The notes beneath the pieces are model-generated. The model had not been told where the DNA came from and searched no databases. It was given only the letters and a program-made list of their open reading frames with translations. The translations under genes and the position numbers were made by a program. Of a DNA stretch of 64,000 nucleotides, positions 48,785 through 60,973 are shown one piece after another. How positions within the stretch are numbered: position 1 is the first letter of the stretch; each line of letters opens with the position of its first letter. The stretch is from Fimicolochytrium jonesii (taxonomy: Eukaryota): NCBI RefSeq assembly GCF_025526975.1, contig NW_026515670.1, positions 1,674,001 through 1,738,000 of the forward strand, written 5' to 3'.

Positions 48785-51700
48785 TCTTTCCTTTTGTCGG
48801 ATATTGATGTCCTCATCAATTCTCGTCCGTAACGTTGTCTTCTTCATCTGTTTCTTCTTCATCTTCGGTATTGTCATCGACTATCGGTTGTGTCTGGGTT
48901 CGAGTTCGAAATATCTTCATTCGGTCTCCAGCTACAGGTTTGCGTATCGGTGTCTGGTCTAATTCTTCAATATAATACGAGCCGTTGTCGTTGGATTTGG
49001 TAATTCTGTACGGTCCAAACCATTTGTTGTGTGTCTTGCCGGTTTGCTGAGTCAATAGTTTCGTGTTATGCAGGAGAACTATATCGCCGGGTTCGAAAGG
49101 TGGATTTCTAATTCGGTGTCGTTTTTCCCAATATTTCTTGTTAGCTCTTCGGCTTGCGATTAGTCGCTCTGTCGCTAGTTTCAGATCTTTGTCTCTGTAT
49201 TGGAATTGTTCGATGCGGTGTCGTAGAAGTGTCTCGGTTGTCATAGGTTGTTGAAGTAATAGCCAGTAATATCGTTGTCGTATTTTTCGAAATGTCGCAA
49301 GGATGCCTCGATGTCCTCCTCCTTCCTTGCTTTCGTGCATGAATCGGATAATTTCTTCTTGATCTTGTTCATTCTCGATGATTTGCAGGGGTGGTTTCAA
49401 TCTTCCGTTTCGTAAGAAAAGATGATCGTCTTGTAGAGCGTATCGGGTACATCAATTTCAGAATTTTCTTTGTTGGCTGGGGTACTTGTATCGCGCAGGT
49501 ACGATCATATCGGTCAAGTATTGGCAAATTTCATTCAAGTCATTCTTCCATTCGGTTGTGGCTGAATTGGCTCGTAATACGTGCATTCCCAAATCGTCGG
49601 AGTCTTCGTTTTCGGTGTCGGTGTCATCGTCTGCTCGGGGTTTTCGCAAAAGTCTGTCCGCGGGGTTCTTTTCTCCTTTGATATGTTTGATTTCAAAGTC
49701 GAATAGCATTAACTGTGCTACCCATCACGTGATGGTACTGTCGGGGAATTCGGGTTTTCGTAGTAGTTGAATCAAGGGTTTGGCGTCAATTCGGAGCTTG
49801 AAACGTCTGCCCCAAACGTAAGTTCGTAACTTGCAAACTCCTTTGTAGGCTCCAAGTAATTTGAGTTTGACTATCGGGTAGGTATTTCGTTGCTGTTCGG
49901 TAAACAATCCACTTTCGAATCGTATCGGTCTTTCTCTTCCCTCGGGATCAACTTGGGAGAGTATCGCTCCCCACGAAATGGGTTTAGCGTCGGTCGTAAT
50001 AATAAACGGGGGGGCGTCTTCTTCGTAGTTCGGCGCAGCTAATATCTTGGCAGCGACGAATTCTTGTTTCAACGTGTCCATACAGGTCTGTTGCTTGGTC
50101 GTCCATTCGAATCGAGCGTTTTTCCTGTACAACTTGTACAAGGAGTTGGCTTTCTTAGCAAAGTCTTTGATCCAGGCGCGGTAGAATAGAATAAGTCCGA
50201 GGAATGCTCGTACTTCGGTCAGGTTCTGGCAAGCGGGCCAGCTGGTGATTTTTCGGATTTTCGATTGTTCGGGTGCTCTTCCGTCGTAACTGCAGACTAT
50301 GCCTGCGAAACTTGCTTTCGACATTCCCCAGCTTGATGTCTTGCCGGAAAATGTGAGTCCTGAATCGATCGTAAGAATAAATACTTTCTCGCAGTCGTCC
50401 ATGTGGTCTTGTACGAATTTGCGAATGTTGGGTTTCACGTGTGTCTCGTCTCGGTACTTTGGTCCTTTGATGCCGGTGTCATCGACATATACGCTGACGA
50501 TGTCGGGCTTGAGGGATTCGAAAACTTTGTCGACTACTCGTTGAAATTGAGCTACTGAATTGGTTCCTCCTTGAGGGAGTCGGGTAAGTCGGTATAATCC
50601 AAACGGCGTAAGCATGGCTGTAAGGTCTCTTGATTTGGGGTGTAGGGGTACTTGATCATATCCGGAATACATGTCCGCCATAGACAACATCGAACGTCCA
50701 GCAAATTCTTCAGCAAAAACTTCTGCGATCGGCACGCATCCAGCATCTCGTATTGTCACGCTGTTGAGCATCTGTACGTCTTGTACGAATCGATGCGTTC
50801 TGTTGTGCTTGGGAACTAAGAACCAGGGGTTGCGGTAGGGTCCAAATGAAGGTTCCAACAGTCCTGCGTCTCGTTTCGTTCGGAGTAGGTCTGTCGCGAG
50901 TTTTGTCATTTGCGAGGGTAATCGATGTGGTTTAACCATCCAGGGCGTATGCGGAATCGTATGAATTTTGACTGGTTCTTCGATGTGTGGCTTCAATGTT
51001 CCTCTTTCGCTGTCGTCGAAAGCAAGAGCCATGTTGTATTTGCGCAATAGTCATAAGAACGCTGCTCGTTCTTCGGTAGTCAAATCTTCTCCGAAAGTGA
51101 GCAAGTGTTCTTGTCCATCGAATCGGTTTTGGCGTACGGTACTTCTAGCGGGTGTCTCGATAGTCGCAGATCTGGGTAAAGCTTCTGGTCAAATGCCTCT
51201 GGGCAAGGATTGTGCTACAGGCTTGATCTTCTTTGCAACGGGCTTGAATTTCGTTCGCACTTGCACGGAGTACAGTTCTCCTTCGAAATCGGAGTTGGAG
51301 TCGTATTCGGGGTAAGTTCGTCGTCGATCAGGCTGAAACAGGTCTTCATAATCGATGCTGTAATCACTGTCGGAATCTGAAACAAGCCTTTCTTCGGTAT
51401 CAGATTCTTCAGATAGCATTGGCATGTCGTCCATAATTGACTGTTGTCGGTCCATAATTGACTGTCCATAATTGACTGTTGTTGGTCGTAATTGCATCGG
51501 TCGGTTCTTCGGTGACGTTTCCTTTTGTCGAATTGTATTCTTCGCTGTCCGTTTCTGTCTCGTAGTACTGGATCATATACGGTCGCATTTGTAGGGGTCT
51601 TTGCAGTTTGTGTCCGTAGAGCATGTCGATATCTTCAAGGTAATCAGGATGAACCCATCGTTTTGAAGTTTTTAGGTACGTATCCAGAGGTTGAATTCCA

Positions 51701-53555
51701 TATTTAGCTGGTGCGGCGAGGAATTGAGCGCTTTCTGGCAGATTCGGGGTCGAATATACGACGCCATACACTTCCATCATCGCAATTCTTTTCTTCTAAT
51801 CGGGTAATGCCGCGATAAGGTCTTCCCAAAATCAAATCGTGACTGAGGGACTCGGAACTGACGTAACAGGCGGTCGAGCAACTGATGGATCCAATAGAAA
51901 TCTTGACGTCGTAAACGACACCATTAATTCCACTGGGTCTTCCATCCATATTCTTCAATGTCGTGTTCGCAGGAATGGTCGTTTCGATCGGGATGTTTGG
52001 GCTTCAAAAAAACGCAGCGACATCAGATTCACTTCGGCTCCGGAATCTAGTAGTGCAACCATCGAATTCGAATACTGATTGATTTTGACGTTGGCGTCTG
52101 GACTAATTCCACTTAAAGTCGGGGTCTTGTAATGTTCCGTCGCAATTTGTCGAAACATCATCACTTCCCCCTCATCCATTTCTTCAGACTGAGTGTTGTA
52201 TATGTTTTTGAGGTATGTGCGGGCTTGCTGAGGCTGTGCCGAGTGTTGAACTGCGTTCACGTTGAACGACATTTCGGCAATTCGTTTGTCTCAGGCTTTC
52301 TTCTGTTTTTCTCGATCACTTATTTTCTTGATTCGTTCTTCGTACTGATCGATTGGTACAAGGTGTTGTCGTAAGTCAGATGCAACGGATTTGCGAAATT
52401 CGGGACTGAGAGTCATCAATTCCGGGAAGGTAATGCCAATATTGATGTTCTTGTAGAGTCGGCGTTTGATTGCGTCGATGGGATGGTTGCCTTGGTCTGC
52501 AATATCGGGATAAAACTTGAATTTCGGCTGTCTTTGCTTGGGTTGTTCTTCATCAGTATCGGTCTCAGTATCAGTCTCCATCGGCGTAATTGGTCAATCA
52601 TCAATTGGTTGGTCTCCAATAGGACGGCGTTTCTTCTTCTCTCCTGGTTTCAGAATATCTCTACCAGCAAATCTTTCTTGGTCGGCTTGGTAGGTAATTT
52701 TCTCTTTTGGACGGTGTCATTTGCATCTTCCGTATCGGTTCCAGTTCTGGCAGCGGGTGCTTGCCCACTTTGGGGTCGGTTTCTGTCAGTTGGATCGGCA
52801 ATAGCAGGTCGTTTCGGATCGCGGGCTTGGGCAATAGTCGTATTGAAATGAATGGGATCGTCCCAGTTTGTAATGTTCCGAATTATATAGGTCAAATCTT
52901 CGTCGTGTTCCTCAAGATATTCTCTGATTTCCGATGAGCGTTTGGATACTTCACGGGTCTTTTTCTTGTCGTCGTTTCGCAGCATAAACGAATTGATCAA
53001 ATGACTGTAGGATCTCTGATTGGCGGAAGGATTGCGGTTGCAAAGTACGGCAGCTTTGGTGTCTTCAAAAACTTTCTTGATTCCTCCTCGTCCAATATTC
53101 AACGGAATTTCTTGTCCAGGTACTCCAATCGTAGTATTGTCAGGGTACGCAATTCGTCCTTGGCTGTTGATAACTAGTTCTCCTCGGTTCTGAACCTCGG
53201 AAAAGTCTCGACAAAATCTGCGCTGATGTCCTTCTTGATCGCAATAAACGCATCGCAAAGGTCGAACATTCGCATTGCCGGTGTTCGTTGAGCTACTGCC
53301 TTGCGAATCGTTCGCAGGCGGAAGTTGGGTCGCAGGAGTCAAACTCTGCAGGATTCGGTTCTGGCTAGTCTGCAACTGTGCCATTCGTTCGGTCATCTCT
53401 CAAACTGCACGGTCAAGTTTGCTCTCAGTCTGCAATACTTGTCCTTGTACGAAGTTCAGCTGGTTGCTAACAGTTGGGTTCGTGATACCGGGGATCGTAA
53501 GAATCGGTTTCTGAACAGTCACAGATCGCACGTCGGGTTTGGGTTGCTTAATAAC
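47992..53555 (-). mobile_element. Ty3/gypsy LTR retrotransposon, decayed; integrase core deleted; 5' part cut off by nested insertion
   Basis: gag knuckle CVYCDQEGHQRRFC, protease LLDSGAEVN, RT SGYDQ/LPQG/YVDD, RNase H TTDA..WGAILSQ, integrase H..GH.G joined directly to the C-terminal W.GPY region; order PR-RT-RH-IN. Confidence 0.93.
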
Positions 53556-53916
53556 TGTCGTAAGTGTGACGTCAGAGGAAACGTAGACAATTTTGGGCCC
53601 TTCCGAGAGGGCTGAGAGCAGTGTATTGTAGTGAAGAAAAAAGTAAGAAGCTCTTCGCAACGGCCGCTTGACTGACAGCTTTATATATGGGCTGCCAGTG
53701 GGGCTTGCGTGGCTTCAGTGAGGCTTAACGCCTTATATAAATGTATCACCAAGAGCTCGGGTGGCCAGTCCGGGTCTCGGATCAAGTAGAAGTAAAGAGA
53801 TATAATATGAAATACAAGTGAAGACAAGATATCCCCGACACCTCCCTCAGATCCTGAGGAGGGCGCCGAATAAATGAGAGGTGAACTACGAGGGATATGT
53901 GAAGAAAGGGAGAGCT
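53556..53916 (-). mobile_element. 285-bp LTR (53556-53840) plus PPT/3' UTR of a second, copia-like retroelement nested in gypsy gag
   Basis: TGTCG...CGACA termini; minus-strand GGATCTGAGGGAGG directly before TGT; internal TATATAAAG. Confidence 0.7.
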
Positions 53917-54260
53917 CTTGTTCATTTTAAAGCGTTGACGCACTTGTTCATTTTATAGTGTTGACGCACTGTGTGATATGTGTGTTTGAGGCAAAGGCGT
54001 TGGATCAGTGCATAGCATAAACCATTGATGCACTGATCCACTATACAATTGCACTGTGCAATAACCGTACTGACTCCACGCAACACTGTGCATTAACCGT
54101 AACAGCTGCTGAAAGTGTAATGCATTAACCGTAACGGCTGCTGAAAGTGTAATGCATTAACCGTACTGGCGGGTGTATGGTGTAATGTATTAACAATGTA
54201 CCCTACACCTTCGGTGTTATGCATTAACCGCACAAGCCTTTCAGCCATTAACCATCCTTG
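53917..54260. repeat. Structured terminal region: 26-bp tandem x2, 13-bp perfect hairpin (54001-54040), TGCATTAACCGTA-like motif x6 at ~32-bp spacing
   Basis: CTTGTTCATTTTA.AG.GTTGACGCA x2; TGGATCAGTGCAT/ATGCACTGATCCA; motif at 54057, 54089, 54121, 54153, 54186, 54220. Confidence 0.85.
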
Positions 54261-54270
54261 CGCAATTTGG

Positions 54271-54830
54271 GAAAGGGGGCAAAGTCAAAATTCCCCCCTA
54301 CATGCATCGAGTCCAACCAACCTTTCTACTACTTCCCCATTCCCTGTTCCATGTAGGGGGGCAAAAAGGCAATTTCCGAACCAACTCTCACCACCAAAAA
54401 GAGACATCCTTTTCTCATTCTTCTTTTCAAAACTTTTCATATATCCTCTCATAGGTTTAGAAACTGCCAAAATGCCCCCCCTGTATCTTTTTCCCGTCTG
54501 CGGGGGCATTTTTGAAAAAGGGGGGCAAAACAAAATGCCCCCCTACATGCGTCTAGCCAAACTACCCTTCCTATCTATTCGCCCATACCATATTTCATGT
54601 AGGGGGGCAAAAAGGCAATTTTCAAACCCACCCTCTCCCACACAAATCACACTTCTTTCCTCATTATTCTTCTCAAAATACTTTTTATATATTCTCTCAT
54701 AGGTTTTGAAACTGCCAAAATGCCCCCCTACATCTATTATCCCGTCCTCACTCTCTCTTTTCTTTCCACTTCTCTACATTCCTCTAGGGGGGCATTTTCA
54801 CTTTGCCCCACTTCTCAAAATCCCCCCCGC
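54271..54830. repeat. ~210-bp direct repeat x2 with many GGGGGCA/TGCCCCC motifs and CCCCCCTACATG/CATGTAGGGGGG inverted arms; putative origin
   Basis: Copies at ~54271-54481 and ~54515-54729, immediately downstream of the primase-helicase stop. Confidence 0.75.
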
Positions 54831-57525
54831 TTATTCTATATACATCTCTCCTTCTCTGGTCGCCTTTTTCAGTCCAAGGAACCATATGTTCCCTCTTATT
54901 TTTCGTTCCTTGATTTGAATGGTTGTTAGTTCTTTGAAAAATTGCTGCTTTCCGACGCGCCTCGATTGATCGAGAACCGTAACGGAATACTCCTTGTATA
55001 AATCAGATCTGGTCACCCGGTCATCATCGCTTCCTGTGATATCGTAGTGGAAACTTCAACCATTTCGCTGCTGCCAAACTGTTCGCTAGGTTCTTTTGGG
55101 TGAAGGCTCGTACCTCTGCAGGGACTTCAATGCTCATATTGAGGGTTTTATCTTCCTTCACAAAACGTTTGCGGAATATGCCAATGAGAAGCAAAATGAA
55201 CTCGTCCCGACATGCATTTGTTTTGAAGTATCCTTTCAACTTCATATTACCTTCTTTTTGAAGTTGTTCCTCCTGAATTCCATCTCCCTCTTCCTCGATC
55301 GGTTCAGAGCCATTGAGAGTGAAACTGTATGGAAACTCTTGCATTCGCACCCGATTGCACAATGCGAGGTCTATTTTATCAAAGACCGGGTCTTCATTTG
55401 TCTGAACATTGGTTTGCCCAGTGATCGGAAAACTGATGGGTTTACCGTTAAGTGTTCTCACTGTTATCTTATCATTCCCAGACACTTTCTTGAACATTTC
55501 GGATAAAAATCGATCATTCTTATTTGTTTTGCTCGTCATCAAATACCTCTTTCCGAAGCAATTGTATAGTTGCGAGTTTGCTTTGTCAACATCTTGCTGC
55601 TCCCGGGTAAAGTTTTTCTTGTCCAAGGTATTGAAGTAATTTTCAAACGTAACAGCAAGGAGAGTCCCTTCCACACCCTTTCCGTTCCGACCCGGCCCCT
55701 TGAGGATCGTGAAGATTTCCTCAACTAGTTCTCCGTAGAGACACCTCGCAACATTGCAAAGTCGGTAAGTCATCAATTCTTCAGTTCGGAATATAGATTG
55801 GTAAAAGTTTTCAATCTTCTCACGCATCTCAGGGCTTTGTGTCGTCGGATAGTTGTAACCACATGTGAATAGTATGTAATCATCCCATTTGATGGATCTT
55901 GCCTCTCCTTCAATCAGGTCGTACACTTTATCGTTAAAAGCAAATAGGTGAGGCTTTGAAAGAAAAAGTTCGATGCAGGTGTCGTTCGCGATACAGAGCC
56001 GTTCCACGTTCTGTGCTACATTGATGGAGTACGTAGTCTCCTCGATCAGCATTCGAAACTTTTCGCAAAATCATCGCAGTTTCAGATACTTACCGTGATC
56101 ACTTCTTTGTGAGTCAAAATCATCTAGTAGTTTCTCAAAACTGCGAATCAACGTGTCTGCAATCTGAAGATTCAAGTCGCTATTTCGGACCCCGCCCTCA
56201 TACTTTCGCCAGATATTATCTTTGCCTAGAACAAACATCAAGCCGCTTGAATGTTTCAATAAAGTCTCACCTTGCTCTTCAATGAACCATTCGGCGGGAT
56301 TCTTGTGGCTAATATTCAAAATTTGGCGGAAATCAAACTTCTCCCAACCTGTTAGACCTTCCAAATCTTCACAAGTTACAACAGTATCCTTTTCTTCACT
56401 CGTTTTTGCGGGTTCAGTAATGGGCGGCGGGAACAAGTCCAAGATCTTTTTGCTTTTATGAACATAGGTTTTTGAGCGTTCACAGTGCTGACATTTGAAC
56501 GTGAATTTCTTTCGATCCACTATGAAAAATATTTTGGGAACGGAGACATCATGTTCTGCATGGTGCAACATGCAGTATGTGGTTCTCAAAAATACCACAA
56601 TCGCATCCTCATAGTTTTGTACGGCCCCAAAATCTCTTTCCAAATATTCCGTTTTTCCACAGAGTTTGGTAACTGAATCGTAAATAGTGCTGATTACCTC
56701 CGTATTAGCATCGTTGTCAATAGGATATTTTGCCTTTTTCTTCTTTGGTTGCGGTTGGTCTTCAAGGTCCGAGTCCGGAACCAGGACAAATTCATCATTG
56801 GCAGGACGCTTTCTATTATCAGATTGAATTGTCCATTCAACCGGGGTCCAGTCCGCCTCTACATATTGAATGATATATGAAGAGATTGGTGCATCTGGTT
56901 CGCTTTTGATGAGAAGTCGGTTATCCCAACGATTTTTGACTTTGTCCACCATCACCATGGACCGATTGTTGTCATAGACAGAAAGATCAAAAAATCCATC
57001 CTTGAAATTGTAGTCTCGAACAACATCCGGGAAGTCGGACAAATCTGGGATGAATTTCTTGAGTTTCTTCTTCATTTCATTCCAGGTCGTATACATACCG
57101 TCTGCCCGTAGGCAATAAGAGACTTTATATCCACCACCGGTTTCGACGTATTTACCATTTTTGTCCTTGGTGTGCTTAGGAGCGTATCCCATTGTACGGA
57201 ACGCAGAATGAAAAGTAATATCCTCATTTAAATACAAGGAGGTAAATACTTTATCAACACCTTCACGGATTTCAGTCTCGACTTCTTCAGAGGGCAGATC
57301 GGATTCTTCCTCAAATCTCATATCGAAATCGACAAACAATTTGATCTTGTCATTGGCGCCCAATTTTGTAAAGTTTTCGGTAAGCCACTTGTGTTCCATA
57401 TGTTTCTTTTCGTCTTCTTCGAGTGTCCAATTGAACTCGGGAACACCTCCGAAGTAAGATTCCTTGAAATGATAGATGTCTCTGATAGGTTTGGATTCAA
57501 CGTGAGCAGCAAATTTGGAAGACAT
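54831..57525 (-). pseudogene. AEP primase + Zn finger + D5-like SF3 helicase fusion (in-frame TGA at 56071, frameshift ~55030)
   Basis: KLFVDFD, KVSY, FDLSVYDNNRSM; C..H..H...KCQHC; D5_N LFAFNDKVYDL; Walker A GPGRNGKG; motif C QTN.DP; C-terminal RGNIWFLGLK. Confidence 0.88.
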
Positions 57526-57630
57526 GGTGCTTTACTAAGAATACACTTAGAAGTTTAAATGGCATTTAAACGCAAGTAACAAAAATAAACATATATGTAC
57601 CAATAAAGAAGCATCGTTATTGCTACAAAG

Positions 57631-57912
57631 ATGTACATTCCTTACAACTATATTGCATCACTCTTTGAGGATGGAGAAATCAAGACTGTCACAGGCCGGA
57701 GCGTCCGTGATCTTGCTAGAAAACTAGATATTGCCGCATCCACTGTTGCGCGAATTTTGGGTAATGTAGAATCATGCAGGACGCGGAGACACATCACCAT
57801 CAAAAGGACACTGAAAGAGCCTTTGAGTACGAAATCAGATGATCGGGATCAATCCGAATCGAATTCTATCTTGAAACCTTTAGGTTCCTTTGACTTGACC
57901 CAACAATCGTAG
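57631..57912 (+). CDS. Small HTH (NUMOD1-like) DNA-binding protein
   Basis: SVRDLARKLDIAASTVARIL. Confidence 0.6.
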   Translation: MYIPYNYIASLFEDGEIKTVTGRSVRDLARKLDIAASTVARILGNVESCRTRRHITIKRTLKEPLSTKSDDRDQSESNSILKPLGSFDLTQQS

Positions 57913-58055
57913 CAGTATGGCCGATTTTTGATGTAGGGAATAGGTTCTGATTGGCATTCAGCGGTCTTGCATTTTCGAGTTCCTTCCGGGTAATTAATTT
58001 TGCCTGAAGGAGAGCGCTTTGGATACCAAGGACGCATTGTTTCTTTGAAATTCAT
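57849..58055 (-). CDS. Small Cys4 zinc-finger protein
   Basis: CKTAEC...PYCYDCW. Confidence 0.5.
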   Translation of the reverse strand: MNFKETMRPWYPKRSPSGKINYPEGTRKCKTAECQSEPIPYIKNRPYCYDCWVKSKEPKGFKIEFDSD

Positions 58056-58117
58056 TCAAATTGATATGTACAAGGAACTATTTACTTATTTACAATTGTA
58101 ACGCATATTTCCACAAA

Positions 58118-60304
58118 CTACTCTTCAATGGCTTTTGATAGGATGTCAATATCGCTCAGTAGGAACTTATCACGTCCTCCATGTTTGTCCCCCTCCTCTT
58201 CCTTCAACCGGATCCCGTAAAACCCGGTTGTTTGGACCCCGTCGATTCGTCGGTTCGTACCAAAGGAGACGGCAGGGTACGCGTGAAGCAGGAAAGCCTT
58301 GAAATCCTGGGTCCGCGGTGAGCATTTGCGCCATACTGGATGCTGTTTTGTCCAATTTTGGAGGCACGCCATAGCCATGCATTGTCGCATTTTGGCGCCT
58401 TCTTCAATAACGCACATTTCTTTTACAAAAGTTCGATACGGATGCACTCTTGTGACTAAATCTGCAGTCGCTGAAATCACTGACGCGGGCTTGCTCAGTA
58501 ATGGATATTCTTCCGTTTGAAGATGATCGTGATGCAAAGAAACCATGAGTGCCATCATGGCACTCGCTAAGTCCCGGTCTTCGTTGTTGATGAGCCGGTC
58601 GAGTTCACCGTCCTTATAATATACATGTTGACTCGGATCTTCATGTTCATGAGCGCTGACGAACTTCGATTTGCAAGGTATTACAACCAACTTGTCCGTA
58701 ATATCTCTGTGATCGTTGTCGTAGAGTCCACAATCGAAATATGGAAGATGATTTGTAGCGAGAACAACCAATCCCGTTATCGTAAGTTCTTCATTCTTGC
58801 CATAAGCCCTCCTAAGGTACGCAGAATCTCCTCCGACAGCCATTTTGACTGCCGAACCGGAATACAAATCCTTCTCATCCCCTTCAGAAAACCAAGTGAT
58901 AAGTGTTGATTTTTGCCCCATTTTCCAGTGAATGTCAGACGGCTTATTTCCGTTCCCCGGTTTGCTTTGTAGGCTGCTGGCGGTCGCTCCCAGAAACCGA
59001 TAACATGTCATAAGTTTCATCAATCTTCCAACCAAACTTTTGCCATTGGAACTTGGACCGTAAAGTATAAGCAGTTCACGAAGACCGCGTCTGCTTCCCA
59101 GGATGGTACTGAGATTGGTGAGCCCGAAGAAACGATCGGAGGAGTCAGGCCACATTTTGCAAAAGGCATCCCACAAGTACCGCTGTTTGGGATACTTCTC
59201 GGGATCCCACTCAACAAGATCATAGTCAAACGCTTCAATATCGCCGTCTTCATCGGTGCGCTCCCGATATTCACCGACTTTTCGGTCGTAAACAAGGCCG
59301 TTTCTGAAAGCGATCAGATGGCTGTTGTCCACAGGAGGCTTGGCGTCCTCAGCCTCCCTCCATCGCAATCGTCCGAATATGATGTCGACAACCTTCTTGG
59401 CTCCTTTACCAATTTCATGCTTTGCGCCTTCGCTTTGATTCTTGTCGGTGGTATTAAAACAATCGAATAATACTTGACCAACGTACGCGGTGAAGGCTGT
59501 TTTGTCGAAGTGGGTGTTTGTGCGCGTCGCAGGATTCCATCATACGAAGCCTTTGGTGTCGTTCAATCGAATGAGATGCCCATAAAACCGTTCGAAGAAC
59601 TCGGCGGCAGGGGTTACCCATTGACCCTTTTTCTTTTTGTCCTCTGTTGATTTCGGGTTTATGTGTGCTATCAAAGCATGGCCAAATTCCCAAAACGAAA
59701 CACGGATAGTGCACGGTTTGCATTGACACTGGAACATATCATGAGTCGATCCTGCCTTCTGCGAAGAAGCCAGATCTTCATGAGAAACAAGCGCGGTGCT
59801 GCCATCGATAGATTTGTGACGTTCCTGGGGGTCATCATTGTTGGCGGCGATTTGGTTGTTGTCAATCTGGATCTCTTCGTTTTCATTGAATTTCATCTGC
59901 AATTCAGGGATATCGGGCGGGTTGACACTCGGAGTGCCCGGAAGGATTCGGTCAGGCACATCGTCCAGACGTTCCTGGGGATGATCGTTATTGACATCGG
60001 TTTGGTTGTCAATCATGACGTTTTCATTTTGATTGACATCCATCTGCAAGCCAACGAGATCGGGCATGATCGTCGGAGTGTTTTGAGTCGAAGGAGAATC
60101 CAATGGCCCGATGCTCAAATTCATAGGATCGATATTGAATATATTGTCCAAGTCCAACGCAACTGAGATGTCGATATGGTCTTCATTGCAATTCACTTCG
60201 TTATTGATCACATCCAAAGAGCCCGGTTCAGCCCTTTGGACGGTACGTTTGGCTTTTTTGATGCGCTTCGGAGCCAATTCCATGGTGTTTTGGCGTTTTT
60301 GCAT
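58118..60304 (-). pseudogene. Second D5-like SF3 helicase, no recognisable primase domain (in-frame TGA at 59540)
   Basis: LIAFRNGLVYD, Walker A YGPSSNGKS, Walker B WFSE, motif C LATNHLP, VIPCKSKF; N-terminal ~33-aa internal repeat (PD..LQM..N.NE...IDN...NND.PQER x2). Confidence 0.88.
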
Positions 60305-60539
60305 GTTGAGAACGTGCGTTTGTTGAAAGTTATGGCGAAAGCGGTTGTGTGCAATAGTTGTTAAAAGTGGGGAACTGTTTGAAATTTTTTGAAGGGAAAC
60401 AAACATTTTTTTACCCTTATATATTTTTTTGTGGCGGTTTTCCTTTCTGCAAACGGGAAAGAACAACATCCGCAACCTCACCTAACTGTAAAGTAAATGA
60501 TATCAACATGTAGAAACAGTACCCAGGTGGTAACCGACA

Positions 60540-60860
60540 GGAAACGCCCCCGCGGGCGTTGGAAAACGGGAGGTAAAAAACACCCCCGCTTGCTTTGCTC
60601 AGTTATGGAAAGAAAACACCCACCGTTTTTTGTTTCGAGAAGAGTCAAATCACCCCCAAGAGGGGGTGATTTGTTTCTGTACCATTTTTACTCACTCCGC
60701 ATGTGGGTGAATGCTTAATTTTAGTAACCTTGCCGCGGGGGTGGTTTCGGCTGAATAGACGGCGCAGGTGTGGGCGATTCTGCATGATCATACTCGGGGA
60801 AGTGGGGGTGGTTCTGTACTGATTAAAGTTTTGTTTGGGGGTGGGTGTTTTCTTGAATCC
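60540..60860. promoter_or_regulatory. Divergent intergenic region with CACCCC/GGGGTG repeats and 12-bp inverted repeat
   Basis: CAAATCACCCCC-AAGA-GGGGGTGATTTG at 60646-60673; AAAACACCC copies to its left, GGGGTGG/GGGTGTTTT copies to its right. Confidence 0.6.
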
Positions 60861-60973
60861 TGATGAAATCGGAGTTCCACCTGTAAGTATTCGCGCGCGA
60901 TGACGTAAACATGCGTTTAATATCGATATTAACGATGTGATTAAATTTCTTATTTAAAGAGTAAAAACGAGTA

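Noticed and set aside
54057..54235. CRISPR-like array
   Set aside because: Repeats are only 13 bp, two spacers are nearly identical, there are no cas genes and the context is eukaryotic; iteron/minisatellite is a better fit
56071..59542. Alternative genetic code (TGA reassigned) in the viral element
   Set aside because: The same TGA lesions occur in gypsy, Helitron and TET relics, and TAA stops and frameshifts also occur; CpG decay is more parsimonious
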